Below are positions 60,401-64,000 of a stretch of DNA of 64,000 nucleotides, in pieces. Source of the stretch: Nibricoccus sp. (GTDB lineage: Bacteria; Verrucomicrobiota; Verrucomicrobiia; Opitutales; Opitutaceae); the NCBI GenBank assembly GCA_047602425.1, contig JASGHG010000001.1, positions 4,672,001-4,736,000 on the forward strand. Reading direction: 5' to 3'. Under the pieces are notes generated by a model, which saw only the letters and a program-made list of their open reading frames with translations, made no database searches and was not told where the DNA came from. Position 1 is the stretch's first letter; each line of letters opens with the position of its first letter. The translations under genes were made by a program, and so were the position numbers.

Positions 60401-61530
60401 ACTTGAAAGCTGAGGAGCAAGCGCGCCTCGATGCGATCAACGCTCACCGCGAAAAGGTTCTCACCGACCATCTCAAGTTTCTCGTCTATCACCGTCCCCG
60501 CGCGATCAAGCTCAACGCCGAGGTCCCGTCGCTTACGATTGAACCTTCTCTCACGAGCGATCCAGTGCTCGATTGCCTTCGCGATCCTCATTCGCCTCCG
60601 ACCGACTTGGCGACCTTGCGCGAATTGTTCCGGTCATCGCCAGCCCGTTGGTTTAAGCACGCGCCGAACTGGATCGAAAAAGTCGACCGCTGGGAACATC
60701 TGCGCTTTCTTCTCGAACGTTCCTCTTACGCGACCATTCCGATTTTCACCGAACCACCTATCGCCTCCAACGGCCGTTACTCGCAGGTCCTCGGCAAGAT
60801 CTACGAAGTCCGCTACGCCTCCACGCAAAAACATCTTGCTCCTGCGCTCGCCATTAACCGCGCGCTTTTGCCGACGCTCAGTTGGCAGGACCTCCGCCAT
60901 ACCGCACATCAGCAGCTCACGCTCGGCCACCTCATCTCCGCCGGGCCCGCCAAGCTCGCCAAGGCCGCCGCTCAGGAACTCGACGATATCTTCACCGTCG
61001 CGACATGCCTCCATGAAGATTTCTGCAAGGTCCCCGCGCTCATCCGGCTCTCGTGGGCCGAGCGCTTTGGCCAGTTCGACAACGTCTCGGTCGACTTCAG
61101 GAACATCAGCCGTCTGCCCGGCTGGCCAAAAATCGATTTCGTTTTGCGTCGGGAAATGCAACTCCTCGTCGACTGGATATTCAATCGCATTGATCAAAAC
61201 CAGCCTGAGGCCCTCGACCTGATCAATGACCTCATCCGCGTTGCCATGCTTCTCGCGAGCCACGCTCCGGTGAACCAGCTCATTACTGGCCAGACCGTCG
61301 AGCCCATCACTCCCATCAAAGGCAATCTCATCAAAATCAAAGTCGATCCCGCCCATGTTCACGTGGGCATGGATGTCATTTATAAAAACCCGACTGGCAC
61401 CAACACCATCCGCGCCACCGTCGAGGATATTTCCTCCTCCCACATTGCAGCCCGCGTGATCGACGCCCCCGCCGTTCCTTTCACGCTGGCGGCGAACAGC
61501 ACACTCCATTTTCAGAGCAACCTTCGCTGA
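57412..61530 (+). CDS. Large CIS hypothetical protein (1372 aa), paralogue 3 of triad
   Basis: RLNYFPGRHLTDSQLSAEQ...HGVVSGL...LQPGQALTQFGSDIVV module, followed by long helical/coiled-coil-like segments. Confidence 0.7.
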   Translation: MKLGSIPDPFSGEKITEIFPKIATFVAPSAQPATPPSDNSAGRRFIFARNAGSVEQINRLGRLNYFPGRHLTDSQLSAEQRVRVQRLLLRGRSVTHGVVSGLEISSRDTSAGIEFQLQPGQALTQFGSDIVVDHVVATRLTDLRLFNLATGKVSEKTIGETGPLTGSVLTAVLVLQPGYAEDADLPLALQNENNGADFTPGGRSPDDEVYYKTTTTDAARLVLYPLPWPVTVPSPLTVPRWQNSAAWTIFEKEAESEPLPWYNIGAPLALIGIDATGALKWIDRHAVVRPAGAPRQRLLFNPALDSRLFNARFNQFCAQLATLTEPASATTLCRQLPPVGLLPKAYLKLVKKTGGAEWAPTQNFFPTNYTVDLSVIPLEQLDALLADTLGLDPYDPARPDAVRLLLPISQQWFDPELLKIEIIDPRFDQNIARYRDTRADWLAKRYDLTNRRRVLELSATGKVTAAPLTYTDADPKRLEDPERRGNPPPIVSAPPDEAVQYSVVRAPSGTTFTYTSQILSNLRANALTVLKQFGTEDQDEFKELFKACGVTAADLAATFGAAVPGWLAGFTAASPNPTGENNLNAKDQEELRRELLAYIKKQTDIQAEEQAKINNATIQELISYLDAKTNEADELVDSGFLKVRTDVFRLGTLLTNNSLGTKFAASPSLANIIERKPAKADVAGVNNYATQLLANFAPSAVQTAVAATNTSTNNKTASSDTSGTTFKLLKVSAPLNQTAFKIPSSDIVNFVNTEKSNFTASKTLLADPEVKKGLSTEVQKAIADLQKSADLVSSADFLETIQQASVIEKFADNFVPNLNLLSQKQIRAIPLDRLQPALAPTVRQEIHDGRLEIFERLTRLNLSLADLTTDFVDVPKLAVRPKILASNVVLTRIRFQTLISRRRFDDFSVIKAAEDGSSTVNDADESKHFSSGVSYADMAMAALRAVEKRIKEYRAFTETLRSALAETQALIARITTDLIPVEVELEESRQDVAVALDLKAEEQARLDAINAHREKVLTDHLKFLVYHRPRAIKLNAEVPSLTIEPSLTSDPVLDCLRDPHSPPTDLATLRELFRSSPARWFKHAPNWIEKVDRWEHLRFLLERSSYATIPIFTEPPIASNGRYSQVLGKIYEVRYASTQKHLAPALAINRALLPTLSWQDLRHTAHQQLTLGHLISAGPAKLAKAAAQELDDIFTVATCLHEDFCKVPALIRLSWAERFGQFDNVSVDFRNISRLPGWPKIDFVLRREMQLLVDWIFNRIDQNQPEALDLINDLIRVAMLLASHAPVNQLITGQTVEPITPIKGNLIKIKVDPAHVHVGMDVIYKNPTGTNTIRATVEDISSSHIAARVIDAPAVPFTLAANSTLHFQSNLR

Positions 61531-61533
61531 TTC

Positions 61534-62904
61534 ATGCCGGTTCTCGAACGCCAAGTCCGCCGCCTGCGCCTCAAGGCCGCACACGAGGATCACGTGCGGC
61601 ACGGACAGGTCTTGCTCGAAGACGCCTTGCGGACTGCCACCCTTGGCGACGAAGCGCGCCTGATTATTGTCCGCCGTTTGGACCTTGGCGTTGTTTCGTC
61701 TCGCGCCAACTCCACTCACTGGAGCCGCCGCATCGAGGAATCTTTTCGAAAGACGAATCTGGTGCCGGTCAGCGTCCACGCCCCGTCCGCTCCCTATGCC
61801 GCAGCCGTCTATTTCGTCGACCACAACGAGCCTTGGCTTCAACTCGCCCGTCGCACGCTGGCGGAGCAGCCGTGCACCGAATGGTACTGGCGCTCGGCCC
61901 TGCCTGGCTGGAAACCTTCGGCCCCCGCCGCCGAAACGCTTCGCCTCTGTGTGCGGACGCTCGCGCTTCGCGGCGGACTTCCTTTGACCCTTCGCCTTTT
62001 TGCGACGCTTCCCTCCACCGCGATCGACACTCTGCTTCAAACCCTGGAGCCCTCCGATCTCGCGCCTCTCCGCGCCGCCCTTGATTGCCCATTCAACGCG
62101 CCCGACGTCAAAACACTGCTCGCGGCCGAAAAATCCTCCGCCTTGTCGCCAAACGACCTCGAACGCCGCTTGATTCAGCTGTGGGGTCCGACGGATATTC
62201 GCACCAACTTTCTCGCTGCTATTCGGCTCTCTTTGGATAACTCGTCTGGTTCGTCTCTGTTTGGAAACTCAGTTGTCTCCTCTAGCCGAATTCAACAACT
62301 CGTCCGGCACTGGCGGAGTGAAAATTACTCGTCCGTCGCGGATCGTTCAATACCCGCCACGAAATCCGCCGACACTACCTCCATTCGCTCGCCACAACGG
62401 AGCGTCATTTCACCTCTCGAAGAAACTCTCGCATCGGAGACCGAACCACCCATTTCGCTCGAACGTCTCTTCACCCGCGCGGGCGGTCTTTTTTTTCTGA
62501 TTTCTCTACTCGATCACGCAGGTCTACCAGACTTCCTTACGACGCTCCCTGAACCGGCACGCGCCGAATTTCCCTGGCAAATCCTCCGTCTCGCCCTTCG
62601 GCATGCCCGCGTGGACGCAGCCGATCCCCTTACTGTTGTCTTCGACGAACTACCATCGACCGACCAGCCGCTCGGTCGCTGGCTCCTCGCCGTCAATCGT
62701 CGCGCGCTTCGCCTGACGGGCATGAATCTCCGCGCCATCGTCCGCCGGCCCGCGCGGATCACACTGACACCGACACACGTCGATGTTTTCTTTCGTCCCG
62801 CCGAGGCCGAAGTCCGTTTGCGCCGTGCCGGTCTCGACCTCGATCCAGGTTGGATTCCCTGGCTCGGTCGCGCCGTGGCCTATCATTTCAACCGCGAGGA
62901 TTGA
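61534..62904 (+). CDS. CIS tape-measure-like protein (Afp14-like)
   Basis: N-terminal LIIVRRLDLG and C-terminal T.AGGLFFL...RPARI.LT.THVDVFF...LRRAGLDLDPGWIPWLGR.V.YHF; lies directly before the ATPase as in Afp loci. Confidence 0.65.
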   Translation: MPVLERQVRRLRLKAAHEDHVRHGQVLLEDALRTATLGDEARLIIVRRLDLGVVSSRANSTHWSRRIEESFRKTNLVPVSVHAPSAPYAAAVYFVDHNEPWLQLARRTLAEQPCTEWYWRSALPGWKPSAPAAETLRLCVRTLALRGGLPLTLRLFATLPSTAIDTLLQTLEPSDLAPLRAALDCPFNAPDVKTLLAAEKSSALSPNDLERRLIQLWGPTDIRTNFLAAIRLSLDNSSGSSLFGNSVVSSSRIQQLVRHWRSENYSSVADRSIPATKSADTTSIRSPQRSVISPLEETLASETEPPISLERLFTRAGGLFFLISLLDHAGLPDFLTTLPEPARAEFPWQILRLALRHARVDAADPLTVVFDELPSTDQPLGRWLLAVNRRALRLTGMNLRAIVRRPARITLTPTHVDVFFRPAEAEVRLRRAGLDLDPGWIPWLGRAVAYHFNRED

Positions 62905-62907
62905 GCC

Positions 62908-64000
62908 ATGGCGAAAACTACTCTCATGCAGCTCGCTCTCGCCGCCGTCGCCCAGCGCGTCGGCGTCCAGACGGGAACCGATTCGACTGAGGCAAATTAC
63001 CTCGCCGAACAAGCGCGCGGTCTTCCTGACACGTCGGAGGGCCTGGCCGATCTCGCACGTCAGATCCTTCGCAAGCCTTCCGGGGACGATACCTCGCTTG
63101 TCCGCCTTGCTTCCACTTGGAAACTTTCGCTCGCGGAAACACTGTCGCTTGCCTTGGTCGCCGCGATTGAACGCGACCTTCTCGCCGGTCGAGCCATCGC
63201 CTACGCCCAAACTCCCGTCGGCGGTTCGAGACCCACGCTTGGTCTCCTCGCAGAATCCTTTGGCCGCATCGACAACTCGAAGCTCTTCAATCCCGTCCAA
63301 CTCGCCAGCAGTCCCGCCTTCCTCAGCGGTGCGCTCACCTTGCATAACGACGGCGCTCCGCTGCCCGAACGTCCCGTTTCGCTTTCGCTTCCTCTCTGCC
63401 TCGCTCTTTCTGGGGAAGAAACCAACTGGCCCGGCGGCGTGATCGACCATCCCGATGCGCAACTCCCGCTCCCGGAATCCGTCGTCGCCCAATGTCGCCA
63501 GCAGGCTTCTGCTCTCTCCCGGGAGTCGTCCTGCGTGCTCGTCCTGCGCTCTTCCGCTCTTGAGGAAACTCGCGCCGCCGCCACTTCCATTGCGCGTACG
63601 CTGAACAAACGACCCTTTATCGCCGAAACGGTCGCCACCTCGGGCCTTGCCGCGTGGCTGATCCTGCGCGATCTCATCCCCGTTTTCGTCCTCGAACCTG
63701 GTCCCGGCGAAACCAAACAGGTTCCTGCCATTCCTCTTTACGATGGCCCCGTGCTCGTCGCCGCCGGTATCGAGGGCACACTCGAGGCTCCCGGTCGTCA
63801 GCTCACGCATTGGAGCCTTCCGCTCCCGACGCTGGCCGAACGCGAGACGCTTTGGCGCCAGGCACTCCCGCATGGCACCGCCGCAGCCGAACTCTCGCGC
63901 AGCCATCGCCTCAGCACCGCGCGCATTTCCCAACTGGGTAAACTCGCCCTCCATCGCGCCCACCTGGATGGCCGAACCACTCCGGATGCCACAACCGTTC
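62908..64000 (+). CDS. Afp15-like AAA+ ATPase, N-terminal part (runs off the right edge)
   Basis: Absent from the ORF track because it has no stop. MAKTTLMQL...LSLAETLSLALVAAIERD...AYAQTPVGGSRPTLGLL resembles the N-terminal region of CIS ATPases; the Walker motifs of the main AAA domain are not in the window. Confidence 0.65.
   Translation, partial: MAKTTLMQLALAAVAQRVGVQTGTDSTEANYLAEQARGLPDTSEGLADLARQILRKPSGDDTSLVRLASTWKLSLAETLSLALVAAIERDLLAGRAIAYAQTPVGGSRPTLGLLAESFGRIDNSKLFNPVQLASSPAFLSGALTLHNDGAPLPERPVSLSLPLCLALSGEETNWPGGVIDHPDAQLPLPESVVAQCRQQASALSRESSCVLVLRSSALEETRAAATSIARTLNKRPFIAETVATSGLAAWLILRDLIPVFVLEPGPGETKQVPAIPLYDGPVLVAAGIEGTLEAPGRQLTHWSLPLPTLAERETLWRQALPHGTAAAELSRSHRLSTARISQLGKLALHRAHLDGRTTPDATTV

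Noticed and set aside
39244..64000. Prophage or canonical T6SS interpretation of the tail genes
   Set aside because: No capsid, portal, terminase, integrase or replication genes, and no TssJ/L/M, TssB/C or ClpV. DUF4255, twin tubes and sheaths and an Afp15-like ATPase fit an Afp/PVC-type CIS.
39244..64000. Recognisable toxin effectors, holin or endolysin in the CIS locus
   Set aside because: None identifiable within the window; they may lie downstream of the truncated ATPase, so absence is not established.

Overview
High-GC bacterial chromosomal segment; gene content (e.g. a ~614-aa GreA with a long N-terminal extension) suggests a PVC-superphylum host such as an Opitutaceae-like verrucomicrobium (inference only). 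Left part (1-12 kb): a KaiC-like ATPase running off the left edge, a MacAB-type ABC export operon, crcB, coaD, pgsA-pgpA, a LysE transporter, greA and rsmB. Middle (12-37 kb): a di-haem c protein, a split NHEJ operon (frameshifted DUF72, LigD ligase, Ku, LigD Pol-PE), a XerCD dif-like site at 18614-18641 that probably marks the replication terminus, a CHASE hybrid kinase, tRNA-Ser(TGA), NDH-2, pqiA/pqiB-like genes, stress-type small proteins, and a poly-HAMP hybrid kinase with its partner kinase. A nested MITE/REP-doublet element follows. Right part (37.5-64 kb): a divergent LuxR regulator and a ~25 kb single-strand Afp/PVC-type contractile injection system (CIS) operon: DUF4255 cap, two sheaths, two tubes, tube initiator, split spike, gp25, baseplate J/I-like proteins, three paralogous unknown proteins, tape measure and an ATPase running off the right edge. 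Its unusual features are a C-terminally membrane-anchored protein next to the spike genes, no visible PAAR or lysis genes, and a triad of paralogues that share an N-terminal module. All product calls are from recognised motifs and gene order; no database searches were run.
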